A stretch of 64,000 nt of DNA. Source: an uncultured Clostridia bacterium. Lineage in GTDB: Bacteria > Bacillota > Clostridia > Christensenellales > UBA1242. The stretch covers positions 588,626 through 652,625 of the forward strand of contig CAKVFE010000001.1 of assembly GCA_934746645.1 (NCBI GenBank). The letters are read 5' to 3'. A program made the translations under genes and the position numbers. Shown in pieces: positions 32,140-41,452 of the stretch (its first letter is position 1; each line of letters starts with the position of its first letter). The notes beneath the pieces are model-generated. The model was not told the DNA's origin and searched no databases. It saw nothing but the letters and a program-made list of their open reading frames with translations.

Positions 32140-33987
32140 TTATTCTACTGTTACTGATTTTGCTAGGCTTCTTGGTTTGTCGGGATTGTTGCCCAATTTT
32201 AGACTAGTAAAATAAGCTATTAGTTGCATATACACTACTGCAACAAGTGGAACATACTCTTCGTCTACATTAGGTATAATTATTTCTTTAAATATTTTGT
32301 TTTCATAATTAAGTTTGGTGCGACTTAATACTATAACTTTACCACCACGAGTAGTAACTTCGTTGATGTTGCTTAGTGTTTTTTCTTTTACCATTTCTTG
32401 TGTCACAAAAGCAAAAACAAATTGGTCTTTATCTATTAGCGATATTGTTCCGTGTTTAAGTTCGCCAGCTGGATATGCTTCACAATGGATATAAGATATT
32501 TCTTTCAATTTTAGACTTGCTTCTAGTGCCAAATAATAATCCAAATTACGACCTATCATATATATGCTTTGACTATCTTTAATATTGTCTGCAATCTGAT
32601 TACATAAGTCCGTGATTTTGTTGTTTTTTATTATATTGGATACATTGACAAGATTTTTGCTTTCTTCAAGTATTATATCTGTATTGTCTGTATGCACTGC
32701 ATTGATATATGCCGACAAAAGATAAAACATAGCACATTGACAATTGTATGCTTTAGTACTTGCTACAGCGACTTCTTTGCCTGCTGATGTATAAAGGCAA
32801 TAATCAACTTCATAACAGATACTACTATTTTTTACATTGGTTATAGCAACAGTAGTAAGCCCATACGCTTTACTCATTTTTACTGCTTTTATAGTGTCTG
32901 CAGTTTCGCCACTCTGACTTACAAAAATAGCTAAAGTGTTTTTATGTGGTTTGAAGTTGTTGTATCTAAACTCACTGGCTATCTCAACATCGACTTTTAT
33001 ACCACATCTATTTTCAATTATTCTTTTACCAATAAGTCCTGCGTGATATGCTGTTCCACAACCAATAATCAATATGTTTTTAGTCTTCTTAATTACCGAT
33101 TTAGGCAATGCCTTTTTTATTTTGTCAAAACTATTATATTTGACTACAGTATTAACAATACCTTGTGGGATTTCGTTGATTTCTTTAATCATATAATGGC
33201 TATATTGTCCCAACGGATTGTCTACAATAGTGTTATCTTTTTTAACCTTTTCAAGTTTAAGAAGTTGTAAATCTTTATCAAATATACTTACGCTCCCTTT
33301 TTTTACTACAGCATAACTATAGTTGGGCAAAATATACAGACTATCTACTCCTTCTACACTATTGATATCCGAACACACAACACCACAATTTTTACCAACA
33401 CCAACCACACAAGGACTATTGGATTTAGCTACAAATATAGTATCTGGTTGTCTATTGTTTAATATTGCAAAAGCATAACTTCCGACTATACGGTCACAAA
33501 CATTTTTAATAGTGTTTAGGATATCTCCATCAAAAGACTTACTCAATAATTGGGCTATAACTTCGGTGTCTGTATCACTAGAATATTTTGCGTTGCCAAC
33601 TTCTTTTTTAAGGTCAAGATAATTTTCTATAATTCCATTATGCACAACAACCCAATTACCATTTTCGCTATAATGTGGGTGAGAGTTATTTATACTTGGT
33701 ACACCGTGTGTAGCCCACCTTGTATGACCTATAGCTATATCACTAGTGGGATTTAGATTATCCAAAATATGTTCTAGTTTGCTTATCTCACCTTTTTCTT
33801 TTATTATGTTAAGTCCATTGCCAAAAGTAAATACATTATTTTTGTATTCTTTTTTGTCTTTCAAACCAAAACTATAACTAAAAAATCCTATTCCACTCGA
33901 ATCATATCCACGATACTCCAATTTTTTAATTCCGTTTAAAGTTTCGGTTATGGCATTGTGACCTACATAACCATATATTCCACACAT
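32140..33987 (-). CDS. glmS: glutamine--fructose-6-phosphate aminotransferase
   Basis: Start taken at 'MCGIYGYVG' (Cys nucleophile). Two SIS domains and a C-terminal '..AKSVTVE'. Confidence 0.95.
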   Translation of the reverse strand: MCGIYGYVGHNAITETLNGIKKLEYRGYDSSGIGFFSYSFGLKDKKEYKNNVFTFGNGLNIIKEKGEISKLEHILDNLNPTSDIAIGHTRWATHGVPSINNSHPHYSENGNWVVVHNGIIENYLDLKKEVGNAKYSSDTDTEVIAQLLSKSFDGDILNTIKNVCDRIVGSYAFAILNNRQPDTIFVAKSNSPCVVGVGKNCGVVCSDINSVEGVDSLYILPNYSYAVVKKGSVSIFDKDLQLLKLEKVKKDNTIVDNPLGQYSHYMIKEINEIPQGIVNTVVKYNSFDKIKKALPKSVIKKTKNILIIGCGTAYHAGLIGKRIIENRCGIKVDVEIASEFRYNNFKPHKNTLAIFVSQSGETADTIKAVKMSKAYGLTTVAITNVKNSSICYEVDYCLYTSAGKEVAVASTKAYNCQCAMFYLLSAYINAVHTDNTDIILEESKNLVNVSNIIKNNKITDLCNQIADNIKDSQSIYMIGRNLDYYLALEASLKLKEISYIHCEAYPAGELKHGTISLIDKDQFVFAFVTQEMVKEKTLSNINEVTTRGGKVIVLSRTKLNYENKIFKEIIIPNVDEEYVPLVAVVYMQLIAYFTSLKLGNNPDKPRSLAKSVTVE

Positions 33988-34077
33988 ATTCACTCCTTAT
34001 TATGTTAATAATATTTTCTATGCGTAAAATATTTTTTTTGATAGACTTTTTTAGCAAGTTTAGTCTTGCATTTTAGT

Positions 34078-34105
34078 TTGAAAAAGATGTATATTAAGAT
34101 ATAAT
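34078..34105 (+). promoter_or_regulatory. candidate sigma-A promoter of recF-dnaA(-dnaN); would give a leaderless recF mRNA
   Basis: TTGAAA (34078-83), 16-nt spacer, TATAAT (34100-05). The recF ATG lies 8 nt after the -10 element, and no SD is visible. Confidence 0.45.
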
Positions 34106-34112
34106 AATATAT

Positions 34113-35207
34113 ATGGAAATAAAAAGTATTCAGTTAAAAAATTTCCGTAATTATACTTCTCAGCAAGTTAATTTTAAAAACGGACTTAATATTTTAGAAG
34201 GCAAAAATGCTCAAGGTAAAACCAATTTACTAGAAGCAATTTTTTTGTGTGCTATTGGTAAAAGTCCTCGTACTAAGAAAGAAAAAGAACTTGTAAAATG
34301 GAACGAAAATATGGGTAAGGTTACGATAGAATTTTCCAAACTTACCGGTAATAAAAAAATAGAGTTGTATTTGTTTTCTAATCAAAACAAAGCTATAAAA
34401 ATAAATGGCGTTCCTATAAAAAAATTGGGCGAACTTATGGGCGAACTTAATGCAATATATTTTTCGCCAGACGAACTTAAACTTGTCAAAGAAAGTCCAG
34501 AAGAAAGAAGACGCTTTATGGATATAGACTTATGTCAATTTGATAAGAGATATTTTTATACTCTCAACAAATACAACAAAATCCTAGACCAGCGTAACAA
34601 ACTTTTAAAATCTGGCAACAATCAAAGTATAAAAGATACTATCAGTATCTGGAACGAACAACTTGCCGAACAAGCTTGTTATATCATTATTAAAAGACTT
34701 CAGCTTGTCGAACAACTAAAAATTTATGCCGAAAAGGCACATTATTATTTGACCGACAACAACGAAAAAATGACATTGGAATATGTTGGACTTAACACTG
34801 TAGACAAAGACACCTTAAAACAAGAACTTCTTAATCTATATGATAAGAGTTTAGAAAAAGATTTAAATCTTGGATTTACTACAGTTGGTCCACATAGAGA
34901 TGACTTAAAAATATCTGTCAATGATATAGATGTAAGACATTTTGGTAGTCAAGGTCAACAGCGTAGTTGTGCATTGAGTCTAAAACTAGCCGAATTGGAG
35001 ATATTTAAGTCCAACCTTAAAGAATATCCAGTCCTATTATTAGATGATGTATTGAGCGAATTAGACCTATCTAGACGAGAAAAATTACTAAAGATAATCA
35101 ATAATTTTCAAACTATACTTACTTGTACCGAATACAATATTGATTTGCCTGCCAATGTATTAAAAGTTGATAGTGGCAAAATTGTTGATAGTTATACACA
35201 AAGTTAA
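34113..35207 (+). CDS. recF: DNA replication/repair protein RecF
   Basis: 'LKNFRNY', Walker A 'GKNAQGKTNLLEAI', signature 'GSQGQQRS', Walker B 'VLLLDDVLSELD'. Confidence 0.93.
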   Translation: MEIKSIQLKNFRNYTSQQVNFKNGLNILEGKNAQGKTNLLEAIFLCAIGKSPRTKKEKELVKWNENMGKVTIEFSKLTGNKKIELYLFSNQNKAIKINGVPIKKLGELMGELNAIYFSPDELKLVKESPEERRRFMDIDLCQFDKRYFYTLNKYNKILDQRNKLLKSGNNQSIKDTISIWNEQLAEQACYIIIKRLQLVEQLKIYAEKAHYYLTDNNEKMTLEYVGLNTVDKDTLKQELLNLYDKSLEKDLNLGFTTVGPHRDDLKISVNDIDVRHFGSQGQQRSCALSLKLAELEIFKSNLKEYPVLLLDDVLSELDLSRREKLLKIINNFQTILTCTEYNIDLPANVLKVDSGKIVDSYTQS

Positions 35208-35283
35208 TATTTAATTTTGCTTACCTATCTTTTTGTGATATCATAATAAATGCAATTATTAAAAAATAAAAAAGGAACTACTA

Positions 35284-36627
35284 ATGTTAAAGATTGATGA
35301 AATTTGGCAAAAGACCTGTATAATACTTCAACACGAAGTTACAGCTGTATCTTATGACTTATGGATAAAATCCTTAGAGCCATTAGATTATACTGACGGA
35401 GTGTTGTATCTATCTACTTCTAGCGAAACAGCCAAACAAAGAGTATTGAAGTTACACGAAAATCAAATTAGGACTGCTCTTAATGAGATAGAACCTGAAA
35501 TAAAAGATTTTAAAGTACTTGACCCAGATGAAAAAGAAAATTATTTAAACAAACCTGTTGAAGCCGAACAAGAAGTTAATAAGACTACCCCATTATGCAA
35601 ATTTATACCTAAGTACACTTTTGATAATTTTGTAGTCGGCAACTCCAACAAATATGTTTATGCTGCAGCAAGAGGTGTAGCCGAACACCCATTTGATAAG
35701 ATAAACCCACTATTTATATATGGTGGCGTTGGACTTGGCAAAACACACTTGTTACACGCTATAGGCAATTATCTTACAAAGCACAATCCAGAACTAAAGA
35801 TACTTTATGTTACTTGTGACCAATTTACTCGTGACTATGTAGAAAGTCTTAAAAGTAGCAATATGCAAGCCAACATTGAATATAAAGAAAAATATCGTAG
35901 CGTAGATGTACTTATGATTGACGATATCCAATTTATAGCCAATCGTACAGGTACTCAAGAAGAATTTTTCCATACCTTTAACGACTTGTATCAAAATCAA
36001 AAACAAATCATTATTGCTTCAGACCGTCCACCAAAAGAGATAGCAAGCCTTGAAGAAAGACTAAGAAGCAGATTTAGTATGGGTCTTATGCAAGATATCC
36101 AAACTCCAGATTTTGAAACAAGACTTGCAATCTTGCAAAAGAAAGCTTTACAAGACAAATATAGTGTAGATGAAGAAGTTATCAATTTTATAGCCGAACG
36201 CTGTGATACCAATATAAGAGAACTTGAAGGTATGCTAAGTAAAGTAAGTTTTTATGCTAGCCTTACCGGCAAACCTAGTGCTACCCTAGAAGATGTCAAC
36301 GAAGCTCTAAAAGACCAAGTTACTACTACAAAACAAAGTCTTACAGCTGACCGTATTATTGATTGTGTATGTAAATATTTTAGTATCTCTAAAGATGACC
36401 TTGTAGGTAAAAAGAAAAATAAAGAGATAGTCGAACCTAGACAAATATGTATGTACCTAATATGCGAAATGCTTGACCTTCCACTAGTAAGCGTAGGTCA
36501 AATATTTGGTGGTAGAGACCATACAACAGTTATACACGCAAGAGAAAAAATAAGTGACCTAATTAAAGAAAACAACCGTATTAGAGTTACTGTCAACGAC
36601 CTAAAGAGTATGGCCAATCGCACATAA
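35284..36627 (+). CDS. dnaA: chromosomal replication initiator DnaA
   Basis: 'FDNFVVGNSN', Walker A 'GGVGLGKTHLLHAIG', 'LMIDDIQF', and DNA-binding domain IV 'GGRDHTTVIHA'. Confidence 0.97.
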   Translation: MLKIDEIWQKTCIILQHEVTAVSYDLWIKSLEPLDYTDGVLYLSTSSETAKQRVLKLHENQIRTALNEIEPEIKDFKVLDPDEKENYLNKPVEAEQEVNKTTPLCKFIPKYTFDNFVVGNSNKYVYAAARGVAEHPFDKINPLFIYGGVGLGKTHLLHAIGNYLTKHNPELKILYVTCDQFTRDYVESLKSSNMQANIEYKEKYRSVDVLMIDDIQFIANRTGTQEEFFHTFNDLYQNQKQIIIASDRPPKEIASLEERLRSRFSMGLMQDIQTPDFETRLAILQKKALQDKYSVDEEVINFIAERCDTNIRELEGMLSKVSFYASLTGKPSATLEDVNEALKDQVTTTKQSLTADRIIDCVCKYFSISKDDLVGKKKNKEIVEPRQICMYLICEMLDLPLVSVGQIFGGRDHTTVIHAREKISDLIKENNRIRVTVNDLKSMANRT

Positions 36628-36840
36628 AACACACCAATTTGTGGATATGTTGATAACTTTTAAAAGTTATACACCGAGTTATACACAATTAAAAACACTA
36701 CATATTGTGGTGTCAATGACGAAATAAAGTCATTTAAAAGACTATAGGTTGTGTTTTTGATAGGTTGTCCACATTTGCACAGTGCTAATAATAATAATTA
36801 TAATTAAAAAAATAATAATTTTACTTTAAGGAGAGAAAAA
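36628..36840. other. oriC: oriC (dnaA-dnaN intergenic origin with DnaA boxes, GC cluster, TAA trios and AT-rich unwinding tract)
   Basis: Four 9-mers each within one mismatch of TTATCCACA: TGTGGATAt 36640-48, TTATaCACc 36667-75 (two mismatches), TTATaCACA 36679-87, TTgTCCACA 36765-73. They are followed by 'tttGCACAGTGC', (TAA)4 at 36786-97 and a pure A/T tract to ~36830. Confidence 0.75.
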
Positions 36841-37941
36841 ATGAAATTAATTTGTGATGGTTTGGATTTGTCCGATGCAGTTATGAAAGTCATAAAAGCA
36901 ACTAGTCAAAAGACTACTAATCCAGTACTAGAAGGTATCAAACTTGTAGCTGAAGATGATACACTAACATTAAGTGCTACTGACCTAGAACTTTCTATGG
37001 AAAAAAGTATTAAAGCCGAAGTATTTATTGATGGCGAAACAGTTGTACCGGGTAAATTTTTTGCAGAGTACATAAAGAAACTTACCAACGAACAAATCGA
37101 ACTTACCTGCAACGAAAGAAATATGTTGGAGATAAAGTATACAGATAGTACTGGTAATATCCAAGCGTTAAGTGCTGAAGAATTCCCTACTATGAAAAGA
37201 CTTGAAAATGCTGAGTATTTTGAGATAACATCTAAAGATTTAAAATCTCTTATTACTAAATCAGTATTTTGTGTATCTACAGAAGATAGTAGACCAATAC
37301 TAAAAGGTGTATTGTTTGAGATATCTGATAAGAAGATAAAAGCAGTTGCACTAGATGGTTATAGACTTGCTATGGTTAATAAAGACCTTATCAATAGTTC
37401 TTCCAACTTTACTTGCATTGTTCCTGCTAGAAGCTTAAACGAAATAAGCAAACTTTTGGAAGACAGTGACACAGTTATTAAAGTACATGTAACCAAAAAT
37501 TATTTAATGGCAGATGTCAACGATACTAAGATAATAACAAGATTGTTGGAAGGTGATTTTATCAATTACAAACAAATCATTCCTACACAATTTACAACCG
37601 AAGTTACTATCAACAAAGCTCAACTTGAAGATGCCCTAGATAGAGCAAGCCTACTTAGTCGTATAGACAGAAACAACTTAGTTAAGTTTGATATTACAGA
37701 CAAACTTATGATGTTGAGTAGTAAGAGTGATATTGGAGATATTAAAGAAAACATTACAGTTGCTCTTACAGGTAATGATTTAACAATTGCATTTAATGTA
37801 AGATACTTTAATGAAGCATTAAGAGTTATTAATGACGAATTTATCAAACTAAGCTTTACTGTTCCTTCTGCTCCTTGTATTTTAAAGAGTAGCGAAACAG
37901 ACGAATATGTATATCTAATACTTCCTGTTAGAGTTGTTTAG
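36841..37941 (+). CDS. dnaN: DNA polymerase III beta sliding clamp
   Basis: 366 aa with SD 'aaggagag'. 'RPILKGVLFE', 'LDGYRLA' and C-terminal 'YLILPVRV'. Confidence 0.95.
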   Translation: MKLICDGLDLSDAVMKVIKATSQKTTNPVLEGIKLVAEDDTLTLSATDLELSMEKSIKAEVFIDGETVVPGKFFAEYIKKLTNEQIELTCNERNMLEIKYTDSTGNIQALSAEEFPTMKRLENAEYFEITSKDLKSLITKSVFCVSTEDSRPILKGVLFEISDKKIKAVALDGYRLAMVNKDLINSSSNFTCIVPARSLNEISKLLEDSDTVIKVHVTKNYLMADVNDTKIITRLLEGDFINYKQIIPTQFTTEVTINKAQLEDALDRASLLSRIDRNNLVKFDITDKLMMLSSKSDIGDIKENITVALTGNDLTIAFNVRYFNEALRVINDEFIKLSFTVPSAPCILKSSETDEYVYLILPVRVV

Positions 37942-38186
37942 TATATAAAAAAAGAGAGCATATAATAGCTCTTTTTTTATTGCAGTTTTTAGCTGACTTT
38001 GTTTTTATTGTAGATTATTAATTAAATATTTATATATTTATCTAAAATATTTTTTATATTAAAACTAAAAAATTAGAACATAAATAAAGACAAAAAATCT
38101 TTTTAGTAATATTTAAATTGGATATTGCAAATGTATATTTATTTTGTTAAAATAAAGTCGTAGTTATTAATAATCTAAAAAGGAAA

Positions 38187-39203
38187 ATGATTATGAAAAC
38201 ATATACAACTTTAGATAAAAAACTAAACTATGATTTTGAAATTTTAGATCACGATAGTGATACAGACTGGAGAGATTTTGAACTTTTAGGTAAAAGTGTA
38301 TATCCTAAAGAATTTGAGATACTAAGCAATGAGTCTTCTACTTGGGGTGGTTGGGATTATGTTACTGAAGACAATGGCTCTTGTTTTTTAGATGATGTAA
38401 TATTTTTAAAACAAGACAATAAGCGTATTGGTTGTGCTGTTGTGGCCAAACAATCCAATATCTATAAAAACATAAATATTAGAAAACATACATTGTCTTT
38501 AAAATATCTTATATTAGACCCTGCTATAAAAGATACCAATGCAAGTAGTTGTCTACTTAATGCAGTGTTTGATTATGCTAGAGAAAATGACTACGAACAA
38601 GTCGAATTTGTGGCTGATATTGATACTAGAAAATTTAAAGAATCAGACAATGTTTATCTATTAAATGGTGCTAATAGCATATCTGTCAACAAAGGCAAAA
38701 ACGACACAACTAAAAAAGTATTTTTCCGTTGTGATGTTGATAGTCAACTTAGAGATATATCTAAAGCTGTATTTGAAAGTTTTAAAAGACTATATAAAAA
38801 AGATTTAAATGCAATAGACGAAAAAATCTTAGAAAACGAAATAGCAAAAAGATACTGTTGTATAGTTAAGTCTAAAAAGAAACTTACTAAAGATGATATT
38901 GAAAGAATCAAACAAAGTACCCTACTTAAAGATTTGTCTATCACTTTAAAAGATATGGTTAAAAATAAAAACGAATCAGACCCAACACGAAATACTATAG
39001 AATGGCTAAAATACCATAAAGTTATTAAGACAATATTGCCTGTAATTAAAAAATCAAGTGTTGTTAGCGACTTAAGCAAAGTACAACATTTTGACAAAGT
39101 CGAACGCATAATGTGTGGAGTTGCTGACGAGTTGAAAAATGAAACTAATGTAAGTCTTATCAAAAACAATCTTGATAGTGGCGAACTAAGTAGACTACAA
39201 TAA
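38187..39203 (+). CDS. hypothetical protein (338 aa) with possible N-terminal GNAT-like fold
   Basis: Long ORF between dnaN and rpmH. 'IGCAVVAKQ..LKYLILDPAIKDTNASSCLLNAVFDYARENDYEQVEFVAD' is GNAT-like but lacks a clear Q/RxxGxG/A motif. The C-terminal half is Lys/Glu-rich and helical. Confidence 0.55.
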   Translation: MIMKTYTTLDKKLNYDFEILDHDSDTDWRDFELLGKSVYPKEFEILSNESSTWGGWDYVTEDNGSCFLDDVIFLKQDNKRIGCAVVAKQSNIYKNINIRKHTLSLKYLILDPAIKDTNASSCLLNAVFDYARENDYEQVEFVADIDTRKFKESDNVYLLNGANSISVNKGKNDTTKKVFFRCDVDSQLRDISKAVFESFKRLYKKDLNAIDEKILENEIAKRYCCIVKSKKKLTKDDIERIKQSTLLKDLSITLKDMVKNKNESDPTRNTIEWLKYHKVIKTILPVIKKSSVVSDLSKVQHFDKVERIMCGVADELKNETNVSLIKNNLDSGELSRLQ

Positions 39204-39257
39204 TACCTATATTGTTGGAGTAAAGATACAAAACTAGTTAAAAATGAAAATTAACAG

Positions 39258-39286
39258 TTGACACATAAATACTAAAAAAGTATAAT
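39258..39286 (+). promoter_or_regulatory. consensus sigma-A promoter for rpmH
   Basis: TTGACA (39258-63), 17-nt spacer, TATAAT (39281-86). Confidence 0.75.
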
Positions 39287-39364
39287 AAGACAGCAAACTA
39301 ATAAATTATAAGCGAGTTAGACTCGCTTTTATTTAGAAATAAAGAAAGGAAGGACACTATTACT

Positions 39365-39499
39365 ATGAAAAGAACATATCAACCTAAAAAAAGACAACGC
39401 AGTAAAGTACATGGTTTTAGAGCTAGAATGAAAACTAAAGGTGGAAAGCGTGTTATCGCACGCCGTAGAAACCGTGGTAGAAAAGTTTTATCTGCGTAA
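39365..39499 (+). CDS. rpmH: 50S ribosomal protein L34 (below the ORF-track size cutoff)
   Basis: Hand translation gives [46 protein letters not shown] 'aaggaagg' upstream. Confidence 0.95.
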   Translation: MKRTYQPKKRQRSKVHGFRARMKTKGGKRVIARRRNRGRKVLSA

Positions 39500-39540
39500 G
39501 TTTTGTATTGGCGAAAAACAAATCAATATAACAAATAATT

Positions 39541-39571
39541 GCCTTTAACTTAGTTTAAAGGCTTTTATTTT
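39541..39571 (+). terminator. intrinsic terminator after rpmH
   Basis: GCCTTTAA (39541-48) / TTAAAGGC (39555-62), then TTTTATTTT. Confidence 0.75.
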
Positions 39572-39717
39572 ACATTGGACAAAAAAATCTAGTTAAAATA
39601 ATTTAATAAATATAAGTGCTTATGATATACTCTATATGATGTTAAAATATTTTATTGGTATTTTGACTAGACCTACTGATTGATATATTCAATCAAAATT
39701 TTAATAAGAGAGAAAAT

Positions 39718-40056
39718 ATGCTTAACGAAGTAAATAGACTCACAAAAAGAAAGGAATTTGGTTATATATACAAACACGGTAAGTATTGTTATAACAACTA
39801 TCTTACTTTAATGTATGTACCTACTAAATTAAAACAACCTAGAATTGGTTTTTCGGTAAGTAAAAAGACTGGTAAAGCGTGGCTTAGAAATAAGACCAAA
39901 CGCCAACTTAGAGATATAGTAAGAAAAATGATAGATAGTATCAATCCTTGTTACAATTATGTTTTTATTACCAAGCCCGAAATAACCACACTAGATTACA
40001 ATAAGATAAAGGAAGCAGTGGTTGATGTTTTAACCAAAGCAAATTTAGTAAAATGA
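39718..40056 (+). CDS. rnpA: RNase P protein component
   Basis: 'RLTKRKEFGYIYKHGK' and the RNR-like motif 'RNKTKRQLRDIVR'. The TGA stop overlaps the yidD ATG (ATGA). Confidence 0.9.
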   Translation: MLNEVNRLTKRKEFGYIYKHGKYCYNNYLTLMYVPTKLKQPRIGFSVSKKTGKAWLRNKTKRQLRDIVRKMIDSINPCYNYVFITKPEITTLDYNKIKEAVVDVLTKANLVK

Positions 40057-40325
40057 TAATTTTAAAAATTTTATTATTTCCAATAAAATTGATTTTGCTT
40101 TTGCTTATCTATATCTACAAATTTTTAATATCCCCTTTATTACCCCACACTTGTATATACTACCCTAGTTGTTCGACATATATGTTAGAAGCTATAAAAG
40201 AGTTTGGTGTTGTCAAAGGTGTATATTTGGGTACACTCAGAATTTTGAGATGTACACCCAAACATAAAGGTGGACTAGATTTAGTCCCTTACAATATAAA
40301 AGGAGAGAAAAAATGGATTTTCTAA
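40053..40325 (+). CDS. yidD: membrane protein insertion efficiency factor YidD
   Basis: 'YKFLISPLLPHTCIYYPSCSTYMLEAIKEFG..G..LGTLRILRC.P'. Confidence 0.9.
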   Translation: MIILKILLFPIKLILLLLIYIYKFLISPLLPHTCIYYPSCSTYMLEAIKEFGVVKGVYLGTLRILRCTPKHKGGLDLVPYNIKGEKKWIF

Positions 40326-41443
40326 ATTTGGGTTCAGTACTACTAGAAGTAGCCAAACCTAAAGGTATGTGGGAATACTTGATTTTTGGACTAGAGTCTT
40401 TAGTTAAAAATTATGGTTTAACCATTATACTTATTACTTTAGCAATTAAGCTTGTTATGCTACCTTTTGATTTTTACAACAGATATATCAACAAGCGCAA
40501 TAGCTACAAAATGGCTGAGATACAACCAGAACTAACAAAAATACAAGCTAAGTATGGCAACAATAAAGAAGCCCTTAACCAAAAGACAATGGAAGTATAC
40601 AAAAGACACAATTACAACATTATGGGTAGTTGTGGTGGTATGCTTATAAATATGGCTTTAACAATGGTTATATTCTTTACATTGTTTAGTGGTCTAAATA
40701 AGATTGCTTCATACAAAATTTATACCGAATACAATACCCTTCAACAAACTTATACTGAAGCATTGGGTGGAGAAAATTCGAGATTAATAACAACTACTGC
40801 AGAAGATGGTACAACTACTATTAGTATCCAAATATTGGACGCAGAAGGCAATGTACTTTCTACCAATGCAATAAGTGAAGAAGATGACGCAAGAGCTAGC
40901 CAAATAGTTGTTACTAAGTATGGCGAAATAAAAGAAAGCTTTTTATGGATAAAAAATATCTGGCGTCCAGATACCAATGCTAGTGTAGTATTGAGTTATA
41001 AAGATTTTAAAAACAATGCTAAAAAATACATAACAGAAGATGATTACTTTAATGACGCTATATACAACCAAGTTATTTCTTCTATTAAAGACAGTAAAGA
41101 ATATAGTGGCAACAATGGTTATTATATATTGATTGTTTTGGCAGCATTGACTACTTACCTATCTACTCAAGTTACTGTATGGATAGGCAAAGCAAAAGCT
41201 AAGAAAAACAACAAACCTTATGTTGATGCAATGTCACAAAACAAAGTATTGGTATATATGATGCCAATCATTATGGCACTATTTACATTATTCTACAACG
41301 CAATGTTTGCTATATACATTGTTACAGGTGCAGTATTCGGATTGCTTACTGGCCCACTTATGACAATGGTTGTAGACAAAGTTTTTGATAAATCTATAAA
41401 GAAAGAACAAGAAAAGACAAAAGTTTCTTATTCAAGAAAATAA
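40313..41443 (+). CDS. yidC: membrane protein insertase YidC/SpoIIIJ family
   Basis: Conserved position after rnpA-yidD. 'ITLAIKLVMLPFDFYN...MAEIQPELTKIQAKY' and multiple TM spans. Carries an inserted ~110-aa loop. Confidence 0.88.
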   Translation: MDFLNLGSVLLEVAKPKGMWEYLIFGLESLVKNYGLTIILITLAIKLVMLPFDFYNRYINKRNSYKMAEIQPELTKIQAKYGNNKEALNQKTMEVYKRHNYNIMGSCGGMLINMALTMVIFFTLFSGLNKIASYKIYTEYNTLQQTYTEALGGENSRLITTTAEDGTTTISIQILDAEGNVLSTNAISEEDDARASQIVVTKYGEIKESFLWIKNIWRPDTNASVVLSYKDFKNNAKKYITEDDYFNDAIYNQVISSIKDSKEYSGNNGYYILIVLAALTTYLSTQVTVWIGKAKAKKNNKPYVDAMSQNKVLVYMMPIIMALFTLFYNAMFAIYIVTGAVFGLLTGPLMTMVVDKVFDKSIKKEQEKTKVSYSRK

Positions 41444-41452
41444 GGGGTAAAT

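Noticed and set aside
33994-34112. Possible glmS ribozyme upstream of glmS
   Set aside because: Only 125 nt are available between glmS and recF, and they are almost pure A/T. None of the GC-rich conserved core of the glmS ribozyme is present.
40053-40056. Possibility of genetic code 4 (TGA = Trp), given the Mollicutes-like AT richness
   Set aside because: rnpA terminates at a TGA at its normal length (ATGA overlap with yidD). All conserved genes also give full-length products under the standard code, with no in-frame TGA needed.
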